A DNA stretch of 64,000 bases, taken from Acidobacteriota bacterium. Lineage in GTDB: Bacteria; Acidobacteriota; UBA6911; RPQK01; JAJDTT01. Below the pieces are notes generated by a model. The model searched no databases. It was not told the origin of the DNA and saw only the letters and a list, made by a program, of their open reading frames with translations. The translations under genes were made by a program, and so were the position numbers. The first letter of the stretch is position 1, and each line of letters starts with the position of its first letter. The DNA lies in the NCBI GenBank assembly GCA_965203535.1, contig OZ241897.1, positions 452,790 through 516,789 on the forward strand, given 5' to 3'. Positions 19,564-27,698 of the stretch are shown here, piece after piece.

Positions 19564-20517
19564 ATGCGAAATTGGGGATTCCGGATCGCTCTCTTCGCTC
19601 TGTTGCTGCCGTTCGCGGCCGTGGAAGTAACAGCCAAGAAGCTGAAGAAGGAGGAGTTGATCGCCCTCCACCTGAAATCCATCGGCGAGAACGCCGTCCG
19701 GAAGAACCGGGTCGCCCAGGGATCGGGCACCATGGACATCCGCGTGGGCGGCCAGGGCAATCTGAACGGCCGGGCCATGCTTTTGGCGGAGGGGGACAAG
19801 CTTCGGACCGCGCTGATCTTCAACCATGTCCAATATCCCAAGGAAACCCTCATCCGAAACGGCGACCAACTGGACATCGCCTACATCACCACCGGTGTCC
19901 GGTCCCAACTGGGGACGGTTATCTGGGAAAACTTCCCCCGGCTGGTTCAGGAGGGTCTCTACGCCGGAGTCCTTTCCACCGACTGGGCGCTGCTCAAACT
20001 GAAGGAAAAACGGGCCAGGATCCGTTACCGGGGCCTCAAGACATTCGAGGGCCGAAGGCTTCACGAAGTCGATTACAAGCCCAGGAAAAAGGTCCGCTAC
20101 CGGGTCCGGCTCTACTTCGAGCCGGAGACCTACCGCCACGTTGCCAGCAAGTATCGGATCGCCGTTCCCCGTAGCGCCATGCGTGGCCTGACCAACATTT
20201 CCAGCGGAGGAGGGGCCCCGGTGGGCGCCGGTGGCGGAATCACTCCCGGAAACCGCACCGTGTCCAATGATCGAGGAAGTCTGTTGGGGCAGATCGGAGG
20301 CCCGGGAGCCGGGGACGACCCCACAACCCGCAGCACGGTCGAACTGACGGAGAGGTTCTCGGAGTTCAAGCAGGTCGACGGTCTGACCCTGCCGCATCAC
20401 TACCAGATCTCTCTCAACGTCGATGCCAACACCGGATTCGTGGGCCACTGGGCGATGAAGCTCGAACGCATGTCGCACGATCGTCAAATCTCCCCAAAGG
20501 CCTTCGTCATCCCGTAG
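19564..20517 (+). CDS. Secreted protein of the same paralogous family, copy 3 of 5 (subfamily B, long Gly-rich loop)
   Basis: MRNWGFRIALFALLLPFAAVEVTA|KK. Long insertion SSGGGAPVGAGGGITPGNRTVSNDRGSLLGQIGGPGAGDDPTTRS. RBS aggtgaatcATG. Confidence 0.85.
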   Translation: MRNWGFRIALFALLLPFAAVEVTAKKLKKEELIALHLKSIGENAVRKNRVAQGSGTMDIRVGGQGNLNGRAMLLAEGDKLRTALIFNHVQYPKETLIRNGDQLDIAYITTGVRSQLGTVIWENFPRLVQEGLYAGVLSTDWALLKLKEKRARIRYRGLKTFEGRRLHEVDYKPRKKVRYRVRLYFEPETYRHVASKYRIAVPRSAMRGLTNISSGGGAPVGAGGGITPGNRTVSNDRGSLLGQIGGPGAGDDPTTRSTVELTERFSEFKQVDGLTLPHHYQISLNVDANTGFVGHWAMKLERMSHDRQISPKAFVIP

Positions 20518-20539
20518 CCGGGCGCAGGGATCAGGACCG

Positions 20540-21631
20540 ATGCAAGGAATCGCCGCCGTTTCGCTGGGCCCCCGAAAGGAGATGGTTTTCCGGGAATTCC
20601 CTCTTCCCGACGTGGGTCCCGACGACATTCTGGTCCGGGTGCGCCGCTCCAACATCTGCGGTTCGGATCTGCACATCTGGCACGGGCATGGGCCCGAGTT
20701 CACCCAGGGGGACGGCTTCGTCCCCGGGCATGAAATGGTGGGAGAAGTCTTTCGCCTCGGCCGCCGGGTGAAGACCGACGTTCTGGGACAGCGGCTCGAG
20801 GAGGGCGACCGGATCGCCTACACCTACTTCCTTCCCTGCGGAAATTGCGCGGCGTGCATGGACGGATCGCCCGCCTGCCCCAACCGGTCCGACCATTGGT
20901 TCCAGGATGCGAGTGAATCTCCCCACTTCCGGGGAGCCTACGGAGAGTATTACTACCTGCGCCGGGGACAGACGGTGTGCAAGGTCCCTCCCGGATTGAC
21001 CAACTCGGAGGTCTCGCCGGTCAATTGCGCCCTCTGCCAAGTGCTCTACGGACTGGACCAGATCGGGGTCCGCCTGGGCGACACCATCATCGTCCAGGGC
21101 GCGGGCGGACTGGGACTGTACGCCTGCTCCCTGGCCAAGGAGATGGGCGCCGGTCAGGTCATCGTCTTCGACCGGTTGGAGAGCCGGCTGGAGCTGGCCC
21201 GCTCCTTCGGCGCCGACCTCACGGTCAACATCGAATCCGTGAACCGGAAGACCCGTCGAGAGATGATCCTGGACCTGACCCGGGGCCAGGGCGCCGACGT
21301 GGTGGCCGAGTTCGCCGGATCACCCCTGCCGGTGGAGGAGGGCGTGCACCTGCTCCGCCAGTTCGGCCGCTATCTTTGGGTGGGAAACGTCGCCCCGGGG
21401 AGGACCGCCGCCCTGGACCCGGCCATCAGTGTCCGGTCCGGACACACCATCCGCGGAGTCATCGCGTATGCTCCTTGGGTCCTGCCCCGGGCCCTGGACT
21501 TTCTGGCCCGCCGCGGACATGCCTATCCGTTCGAGAAGATCATCTCGCACACCTTCCCGCTGACCGATATCAACGAGGCCTTCGCCCTGGCCGACGAAGG
21601 CAAGGCCATCCGCGTCTCACTGACCTCCTGA
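20540..21631 (+). CDS. Zinc-dependent alcohol dehydrogenase (MDR family)
   Basis: N-terminus of the MxAAV...FPLP..GP.D.LV.V type, catalytic Zn motif CGSDLH, structural Zn cluster CGNCAACMDGSPACPN, Rossmann GAGGLGLYA. Inserted between paralog copies 3 and 4. Confidence 0.85.
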   Translation: MQGIAAVSLGPRKEMVFREFPLPDVGPDDILVRVRRSNICGSDLHIWHGHGPEFTQGDGFVPGHEMVGEVFRLGRRVKTDVLGQRLEEGDRIAYTYFLPCGNCAACMDGSPACPNRSDHWFQDASESPHFRGAYGEYYYLRRGQTVCKVPPGLTNSEVSPVNCALCQVLYGLDQIGVRLGDTIIVQGAGGLGLYACSLAKEMGAGQVIVFDRLESRLELARSFGADLTVNIESVNRKTRREMILDLTRGQGADVVAEFAGSPLPVEEGVHLLRQFGRYLWVGNVAPGRTAALDPAISVRSGHTIRGVIAYAPWVLPRALDFLARRGHAYPFEKIISHTFPLTDINEAFALADEGKAIRVSLTS

Positions 21632-21848
21632 ACCGAAGCCGGGGAAACTGACGCAAGCCGCGTGCTGGACTTCGTCTTCGCCACCGGCTCAAACATCACG
21701 CCGTCCGCCTCCGCTTCGACGTGAACCGTCCTGGTTCAGAAACCGTCGAATCTACAAAGGAAGTAAAATGGAAGAGACCCGATCCCGAGTCGTCCTGGAT
21801 GTTCCAACGCCCGAACTCCCCGTCCACCACGCGGAGATGAAGCAAACC

Positions 21849-22811
21849 ATGAGAAAGTGGGGAAGCTGTATCGCTCTCGCTACCGTGGCATTTCTCCTGT
21901 CGACCGTGGCCGTTTCGGCCGGGAAGATGAAGACGGAGGAGTTGATCGCCCTCCACCAGAAAGCCATCGGCGAGAACCTCGTCCGGAAGAACCGGGTCGC
22001 CCAGGGATCGGGGTCCGTGGACATCCGGGTGGGGGGCCAGGGAAATCTGAACGGACGGGCCATGTTCCTGGCAGAGGGGGACAAGCTGCGGACCACCTTA
22101 ACCTTCGGTCACATCCAATATCCCCAGGAAACTCTCATCCGGAACGGTAACGACTTGGATATCGCCTATATCACTCCGGGGATCCGTTCCCAACTGGGGA
22201 CGGCTATCTGGGACAATTTCCCTCGACTGGCTCAGGAGGGACTTTATGCGGGCGTCCTTTCCACCGACTGGGCGCTGCTCAACCCGAAGAAAAAGCAGGC
22301 CAAGATCCGCTACCGAGGGCTCAAGACATTCGAGGGCCGGAGGCTCCACGAAGTCGACTACAAGCCCAAGAAGAACGTCTCCTATCGAGTCCGGCTCTAT
22401 TTCGAGCCGGAGACCTACCGCCACGTGGCCAGCAAGTATCGGATCTTCGTGCCCCGCAGCACCATGCGAGGCCTGACCAACATTTTAAGTGGAGGAGGGG
22501 CCCCGGTGGGTGCCAGCCTAGGAATTACTGCCGGAAGCCGCACCGTGTCCGGTGCACGCGGCCTGTTGGGGCAGATCGGAGGCCCGGGAGCCGGGGACGA
22601 CCCCGCAACCCGCAGCACGGTCGAACTGACGGAGAGGTTCTCGGACTTCAAGGAGGTCGACGGACTGACCTTGCCGCATCTCTACCAGATCACTCTCAAC
22701 GTCGACGCCAACACCGGTTTCGTGGGACATTGGGAGATGAAGATCGAGCGCATGGTGCACGATCAGAGGATCGCCGCCCGGGCCTTCACCATCCAGATGA
22801 AAAAGAGGTGA
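21849..22811 (+). CDS. Secreted protein of the same paralogous family, copy 4 of 5 (subfamily B, close relative of copy 3)
   Basis: Start chosen at MRKWGSCIALATVAFLL by homology to MRNWGF/MRKWGF in copies 3 and 5. The track ORF begins at 21768. Roughly 85% identical to copy 3 by eye, including the long Gly-rich loop. Confidence 0.8.
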   Translation: MRKWGSCIALATVAFLLSTVAVSAGKMKTEELIALHQKAIGENLVRKNRVAQGSGSVDIRVGGQGNLNGRAMFLAEGDKLRTTLTFGHIQYPQETLIRNGNDLDIAYITPGIRSQLGTAIWDNFPRLAQEGLYAGVLSTDWALLNPKKKQAKIRYRGLKTFEGRRLHEVDYKPKKNVSYRVRLYFEPETYRHVASKYRIFVPRSTMRGLTNILSGGGAPVGASLGITAGSRTVSGARGLLGQIGGPGAGDDPATRSTVELTERFSDFKEVDGLTLPHLYQITLNVDANTGFVGHWEMKIERMVHDQRIAARAFTIQMKKR

Positions 22812-22814
22812 ATC

Positions 22815-23717
22815 ATGCGTAAGTGGGGATTCCGGATTGCTCTTTCCGTCCTTTTGTTTCCGCTCGCCGGAGTGGACGGAACGGCCAAGAAATTAGAGAC
22901 GGACGATCTGATCGTCCTCCATCTAAAGGCCATGGGCGAGAACCCGGTGCGTAAGAATCGGGTGGCACAGGGATTGGGGACGTTGGACATCCGCGTCGGC
23001 GGCCTGGGTAAGCTGGGCGGTCCGGCCATGATTCTGGCGGAGGGGAACAAACTCCGGACCAGTTTCGGCTTCGGCCATATCCAGTATCCCAGGGAGCTCC
23101 TGATCCGGAACGGCGACAAGTTGGACATCGCCTACATCACTCCCGGCATCCGTTCCCAGTTGGGCACCGCCCTCTGGATCCACTTCCCCCGACTGGCACA
23201 GGAGGGTCTCTATGGAGGTGTCCTCACCACCGACTGGGCTCTGCTGGATCTCGAAAAGAGGCGCGCCAAGGTCCGCTACCGGGGGCTCAAGACGTTCGAG
23301 GACAGGAAGCTGCATGAGTTGGAGTATCGGCCCAAGAAGGGAGTGGAATACAGAATCCGGCTCTACTTCGAGCCTGAGACTTACCGACACGTGGCCAGCA
23401 GCTACCGCCTGACCATTCCGGCCGGCGTGGGGCGGGGGTTGATGCACGTGCAACAAGGACCCGTCTTTGGCGCCGCCGACGGGCCCGCGGACAACACGCG
23501 GATCCAATTGATAGAAACCTTTTCGGAATTCAAGGAAGTCGACGGGTTGACCCTGCCGCACCATTACCGGATCACCCTCAACGAGTCTGCGGCCACCGGC
23601 ATGGACTCGGGTGCCGGCTTCGCCCCCCGTAACGGCTTCGCAGGGCACTGGGAGATCAAGATCGACCGCATTTCTCACAAACACCGGATCACCCCCCAGG
23701 CCTTCGCCATCAAATGA
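22815..23717 (+). CDS. Secreted protein of the same paralogous family, copy 5 of 5
   Basis: MRKWGFRIALSVLLFPLAGVDGTA|KK. Starts 3 nt after the copy 4 stop. The copy 4 TGA stop sits inside the aggTGAatcATG RBS of copy 5. Confidence 0.85.
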   Translation: MRKWGFRIALSVLLFPLAGVDGTAKKLETDDLIVLHLKAMGENPVRKNRVAQGLGTLDIRVGGLGKLGGPAMILAEGNKLRTSFGFGHIQYPRELLIRNGDKLDIAYITPGIRSQLGTALWIHFPRLAQEGLYGGVLTTDWALLDLEKRRAKVRYRGLKTFEDRKLHELEYRPKKGVEYRIRLYFEPETYRHVASSYRLTIPAGVGRGLMHVQQGPVFGAADGPADNTRIQLIETFSEFKEVDGLTLPHHYRITLNESAATGMDSGAGFAPRNGFAGHWEIKIDRISHKHRITPQAFAIK

Positions 23718-23771
23718 ACATCACCTGCGTCTCGCTGACTCGACACTCGGAAAAGTGACGTCGGGAAGTTC

Positions 23772-25466
23772 TCAGACTTCGTCCCTGCGGAACCGCTCCA
23801 ACAGGTGATCGCAGGCCCGGACCGTGAGGGCCATCATGGTCAGGGTGGGGTTCTGGCAGCCGGCGCTCACGAAACAGGCTCCGTCGGTGACCAGCAGGTT
23901 GTCGATGTCGTGGCACCGGTTGTAGGCGTTCAGCACCGACTTGGCCGGATCGTGGCCCATTCGGGCCGTTCCGACTTCGTGAATCGCCATTCCCGGAGTG
24001 GTTGTCCGGGCATTGACCTTGATGTTGCGAGCCCCGGTCGCCTCCAGCAATTCGGCCGCCGTAGTGGCCGCGTCCTCCATCATGGCCGCCTCGTTGGGAC
24101 CGTGGGTCATATGGATCCTGAGAGCCGGGATCCCCCAGGCGTCCTTCTTCTGCGGGTCGATCTCACAGTAGTTGTCCAGCCGGGCCAGGGACTCTCCGAA
24201 CCCGCTCAGCCGGATCATGTAGAAGCCCTCCTTGACGGCCGCCTTGTAGGACGCTCCGAAACCTTCCGCGTCGAACCGGAAGCTGGGTGAGCTCCCCCCC
24301 TGGAAGCCGTAGCCCCGGATGAACCGGGGGTGCTTCTTCTGTCCCGCCAGATTCCGGAACCGGATCATGTAGATCCCATTGGGGCGCCGCGGGTCCGACG
24401 CCCGCTTCCGGACGGAGAACTGGGGCAGTTCCCCCGCAGCGCCGGCGCCCACCACATGGTCCATGAGGTACTTCCCCAGCAGTCCGCTGGAATTGCCGAG
24501 ACCGTTGGGGTGTTCGCGAGTCGCCGAGTTGAACAGCAGCCGGGTCGATTCCAGGGCCTGGGCACACAGTATCACCGCCCGGCTTCGCACCTGGTAGGTC
24601 CGGCGCCGGTGACGGTGGACGTAGGTGACGCCGCGGGCCCGGTTGCGGGACGAATCCATATCCACGTGGCTGACGATGGCGTCGGTGAGGAGCGTGCAGT
24701 TGCCGCTCTTCAGCGCGTCGGCCACGGTGGTGGCCGGACTGTTGAAGTAGGAAGCGGTCACGCAGCCCCGTTCGCAGGGGCCGCAATAGTGGCAGGCCGC
24801 GCGCCCGTTGAGGGGCTGCGTCAGGACGGCGGTCCGCCCGATGGTCAGGGTGCGGCCGAACTTTTCCCGCGCCCGGCTCCGGAGCAGCCGTTCTCCACAG
24901 GTCATGGACATGGGGGGCAGAAACTGTCCGTCCGGCAGTTCGGGACGTCCCTCCGCCTGTCCACTGATGCCGACGTATTTCTCGACCCGGTCGTAGTAGG
25001 GAACCAATTCCCGATAGGAGACGGGCCAGTCGTCTCCGTATCCGTCGTGGCTGGCCGCCTTCAGGTCCAGGTCGCTGAGACGATAGCTCTGGCGACCCCA
25101 GACCATGCTCCTGCCTCCGACGATACGAAGCCGCTGCCAGGTGAACGGCTTGTCTTTGGGCGTGGTGTAAGGATTCTTCAGATCGTTGACGAACCAGTCG
25201 TAGTTGTACTCGGTGCAGGCGTAGCAGGCTTTTTGGATGGGACGCGTCCGCGCCAGTTCCGGCGAGTGGTTCCGGTACTCCAGCTTGTAGGCGGGCATGT
25301 GTTCGGTGAATTCCCGGGGGGAGACCTTGCGGCCGGCCTCCAGCAGGACCACCTTCAGACCGGCCTCCGAGAGGACCTTGGCCGCCCAGCCTCCGGTGGC
25401 CCCCGATCCCACGACGGCCACGTCGTAGAGTTCGCCGTGGGGATCCTGGACCAAGGTGGAGCTCAC
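23772..25466 (-). CDS. GMC family FAD-dependent oxidoreductase (flavoprotein dehydrogenase subunit)
   Basis: YDVAVVGSGATGGWAAKVL FAD motif and a GMC C-terminal domain. Probable GTG start at 25466, forming a GTGA overlap with the stop of the upstream subunit-3-like gene. The track ORF extends to 25733. Confidence 0.85.
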   Translation of the reverse strand: MSSTLVQDPHGELYDVAVVGSGATGGWAAKVLSEAGLKVVLLEAGRKVSPREFTEHMPAYKLEYRNHSPELARTRPIQKACYACTEYNYDWFVNDLKNPYTTPKDKPFTWQRLRIVGGRSMVWGRQSYRLSDLDLKAASHDGYGDDWPVSYRELVPYYDRVEKYVGISGQAEGRPELPDGQFLPPMSMTCGERLLRSRAREKFGRTLTIGRTAVLTQPLNGRAACHYCGPCERGCVTASYFNSPATTVADALKSGNCTLLTDAIVSHVDMDSSRNRARGVTYVHRHRRRTYQVRSRAVILCAQALESTRLLFNSATREHPNGLGNSSGLLGKYLMDHVVGAGAAGELPQFSVRKRASDPRRPNGIYMIRFRNLAGQKKHPRFIRGYGFQGGSSPSFRFDAEGFGASYKAAVKEGFYMIRLSGFGESLARLDNYCEIDPQKKDAWGIPALRIHMTHGPNEAAMMEDAATTAAELLEATGARNIKVNARTTTPGMAIHEVGTARMGHDPAKSVLNAYNRCHDIDNLLVTDGACFVSAGCQNPTLTMMALTVRACDHLLERFRRDEV

Positions 25467-26056
25467 TTGTGATAACCCTCGGGATGCGGACAACCGGGAA
25501 AGGACCCGGACATGGCGTCTTCGCTCCATCCCAGTTCCTTCAGACCCGCCTCCGAGTTGTAGAAGGCTCGACTGATCCAGTCCTTCAAGGTCAGGAAGTG
25601 GGAGTGGCCGGGGAACTCGGACCGGTTGTCCTTCCAGGTCACCAGCTTGTGGGGATAGGCGACGAAATTGAGAAACTCCAATTGGCTCTCGCCGGGCAGG
25701 TGGACGAAGGCCGCACCGTAGCGTCTCAGGCACTCCCCGTCGAACCAGGCCAGGCTGTCCAGGAACCGGCTCTGCGTTTCCCGGGACTCGCTGGCCAGGA
25801 GCCTGTCGATGAAGCGGTTGACCAGAGCGGCCTTGGCCCCCGGCGTGTCGGTCTCGGGAATGATGAGGTCACTCAGCCGGATCAGGGTGTCGTTCTGGTG
25901 GGCGTCCAGGAAGACGGGTGTCCAGTCGGGAGAGGCCAACTCGGTAGAGGCATCGTAGCCGGGAGGAAATTCCCGGGCCCGAACCGGCGCCGCCCCGGCC
26001 AGGGCCGCCGTCAGCGACCCCCAGAGGGACCGTCCAAAGAATTCGCGGCGCTTCAT
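25463..26056 (-). CDS. Gluconate 2-dehydrogenase subunit 3 family protein (Tat signal)
   Basis: Tat motif KRREFFGRSLWGSLTAALAGAAPVRA at the chosen start (ATG at 26056, verified). Small-subunit family typically paired with GMC dehydrogenases. Confidence 0.75.
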   Translation of the reverse strand: MKRREFFGRSLWGSLTAALAGAAPVRAREFPPGYDASTELASPDWTPVFLDAHQNDTLIRLSDLIIPETDTPGAKAALVNRFIDRLLASESRETQSRFLDSLAWFDGECLRRYGAAFVHLPGESQLEFLNFVAYPHKLVTWKDNRSEFPGHSHFLTLKDWISRAFYNSEAGLKELGWSEDAMSGSFPGCPHPEGYHK

Positions 26057-26149
26057 GATCCCGCCTCCCGGCTTTGAGAATATCCCGACCGGGACCATAT
26101 AATCCATCCGATTCAGCCAACTGACAAGGCGCTCGCTGTCGTCCCGGAC

Positions 26150-26195
26150 TGATCGGCCCGGGGAGGGCGACCACACACAAGGGTCGCCCCTGCGA
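26150..26195. repeat. REP-like palindromic element copy (ccggggagggcgaccacacacaagggtcgcccct)
   Basis: Same stem sequence as the 150-345 cluster. Lies in the divergent intergenic region between the subunit-3 gene and the enolase-superfamily gene. Confidence 0.8.
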
Positions 26196-26306
26196 GCAGC
26201 TCTTCCATTCACGAAATATTCGGTCGATCTGAACCGGGGCCGGCAGAACCCTCTTCACTGCCCCTCGCTTGTGGATCACCGGGGGCATCATTACCATGAC
26301 AGCAGC

Positions 26307-27668
26307 ATGACGGCGACTGCCGCAGATCGAACGGGCGACTGGAACCGGCGGCGCTGGATGGCCGCCGCCGCGGGCGTGACGGGACTGGCCGGCGTCGAGG
26401 ACATGGCCCTGGCCTTCTCTCCGGCGGCCTACGGCGTGAGGCGAAGCGGCCGGCCCCGGTCCGAGGGGCCCCGGAGCCGGATGAAGATCGGCTCCTTCGA
26501 GACCACCCTGGTGGCGTCGCCCGACCCCGCGCTGCTGAATTCCTGGAACGTCCACGACACCCACTTCCAGCGGGCGATCCTGGAATTGGAGACCACGGAC
26601 GGCTACACGGGAGTGGCCGAGATCGGGGGCGCGGCATTTCAGGCCCTCCAGGCCGCCCGCGACACCGTACTGGGACAGGATCCATTCGAGATCGAATATT
26701 TCCGCCGCAGCCTCTCCCATCGTTCCGAATTCGCCCCGAGGCACAACGCGGAAACCCTGGCCGCGGTGGAAATCGCCTGCCTGGACCTGATCGGAAAGGT
26801 GATCGACCGGCCGGTCGTCGATCTGATCGGCGGCCCCTTCCGCAAGGAGGCTCCCTTTTCGGCCTACAACTTTTTCGTCCTCCCGGAGGAGGGCGGACCG
26901 GACATCACGACTCCCGAAGCCATGGCGCAGGAGTTCCTGGACTTTCACCGGGACCACGGGTTCACGACCTGCAAGTTCAAGGGGGGCGTTCTGAAGCCCG
27001 AGCTGGAGGTCGAAGCCTTGACCCGCATCCGTGAGGCCATGCCCCAGGCCAAGCTTCGCATCGACCCGAACGCGTCGTGGAGCGTGGAAACCTCGGTCCG
27101 GGTCGCCCGCCGGCTGGAGCCGCTGGGGATGGAATACCTGGAGGATCCCACGCCGGGTCAGGAGGGCATGGCCGAGGTGCGCCAGCAGACGTCCATTCCC
27201 CTGGCCACCAACATGTGCGTCACCCGCATGGAGCACATCCGGCCCGGTTACGACCGGGGGGCCATCGACATCGTGTTGCTGGATCCGCATTACATGGGCG
27301 GGCTCAACAACGTCCGGCACTGGGCGTCGACGTGCGAGGCGCTGGGGTGGGGCTGCTCCGGCCACAGCAACAACTACCTGGGCATCTCCATGGCCACCCA
27401 GGTCCACATGGTCTGCGCCATCTCCCACATCACCTACGACGTGGATTCGCACTATCCGTGGACCACTCAAGACATCATCCGGGGCGGCATGCTCCGCTTC
27501 CGCGACGGCAAGATGGCGCTCCCCCCAGGTCCCGGCCTCGGCGTCGAGATCGACCCGGACAAGAAGGCCATGCTGGCCGAGAACGTGGCCCGCACCCGGC
27601 CCCGGCACGATCTGCTCCATCAATGGGACCCCGGCTACCCCAAGGACCGTCATGGCGTCCGCTGGTAG
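26307..27668 (+). CDS. Enolase-superfamily dehydratase (mandelate racemase/muconate-lactonizing enzyme family, glucarate-dehydratase-like KxK type) with a putative N-terminal Tat signal
   Basis: Enolase-superfamily organisation: capping domain, KFKGG at the end of a barrel strand, metal-ligand acids (LRIDPNASW, EYLEDP). N-terminus has NRRRWMAAAAGVTGLAGVEDMALA-FS, which is RR plus a hydrophobic stretch plus AxA. The track ORF starts at GTG 26271. The first ATG is at 26307. Confidence 0.8.
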   Translation: MTATAADRTGDWNRRRWMAAAAGVTGLAGVEDMALAFSPAAYGVRRSGRPRSEGPRSRMKIGSFETTLVASPDPALLNSWNVHDTHFQRAILELETTDGYTGVAEIGGAAFQALQAARDTVLGQDPFEIEYFRRSLSHRSEFAPRHNAETLAAVEIACLDLIGKVIDRPVVDLIGGPFRKEAPFSAYNFFVLPEEGGPDITTPEAMAQEFLDFHRDHGFTTCKFKGGVLKPELEVEALTRIREAMPQAKLRIDPNASWSVETSVRVARRLEPLGMEYLEDPTPGQEGMAEVRQQTSIPLATNMCVTRMEHIRPGYDRGAIDIVLLDPHYMGGLNNVRHWASTCEALGWGCSGHSNNYLGISMATQVHMVCAISHITYDVDSHYPWTTQDIIRGGMLRFRDGKMALPPGPGLGVEIDPDKKAMLAENVARTRPRHDLLHQWDPGYPKDRHGVRW

Positions 27669-27698
27669 ACCGGGCGTCGGAAACTCGGTTGAATCCAC

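Noticed and set aside
17334-19877. 847-aa minus-strand ORF (and the 19420..20703, 22923..23684, 17495..17887 ORFs) antisense to the secreted paralog array; its protein sequence itself contains internal repeats
   Set aside because: R/G/P/S-rich low-complexity composition typical of antisense frames in high-GC DNA. The internal repeats simply mirror the tandem paralogs on the + strand. The + strand genes have signal peptides, RBSs and conserved blocks.
21768-21848. N-terminal 27-aa extension (MEETRSRVVLDVPTPELPVHHAEMKQT) of paralog copy 4 in the track ORF
   Set aside because: Homology with copies 3 and 5 (MRNWGF/MRKWGF) places the start at the downstream ATG. The extension precedes the signal peptide and has no RBS.
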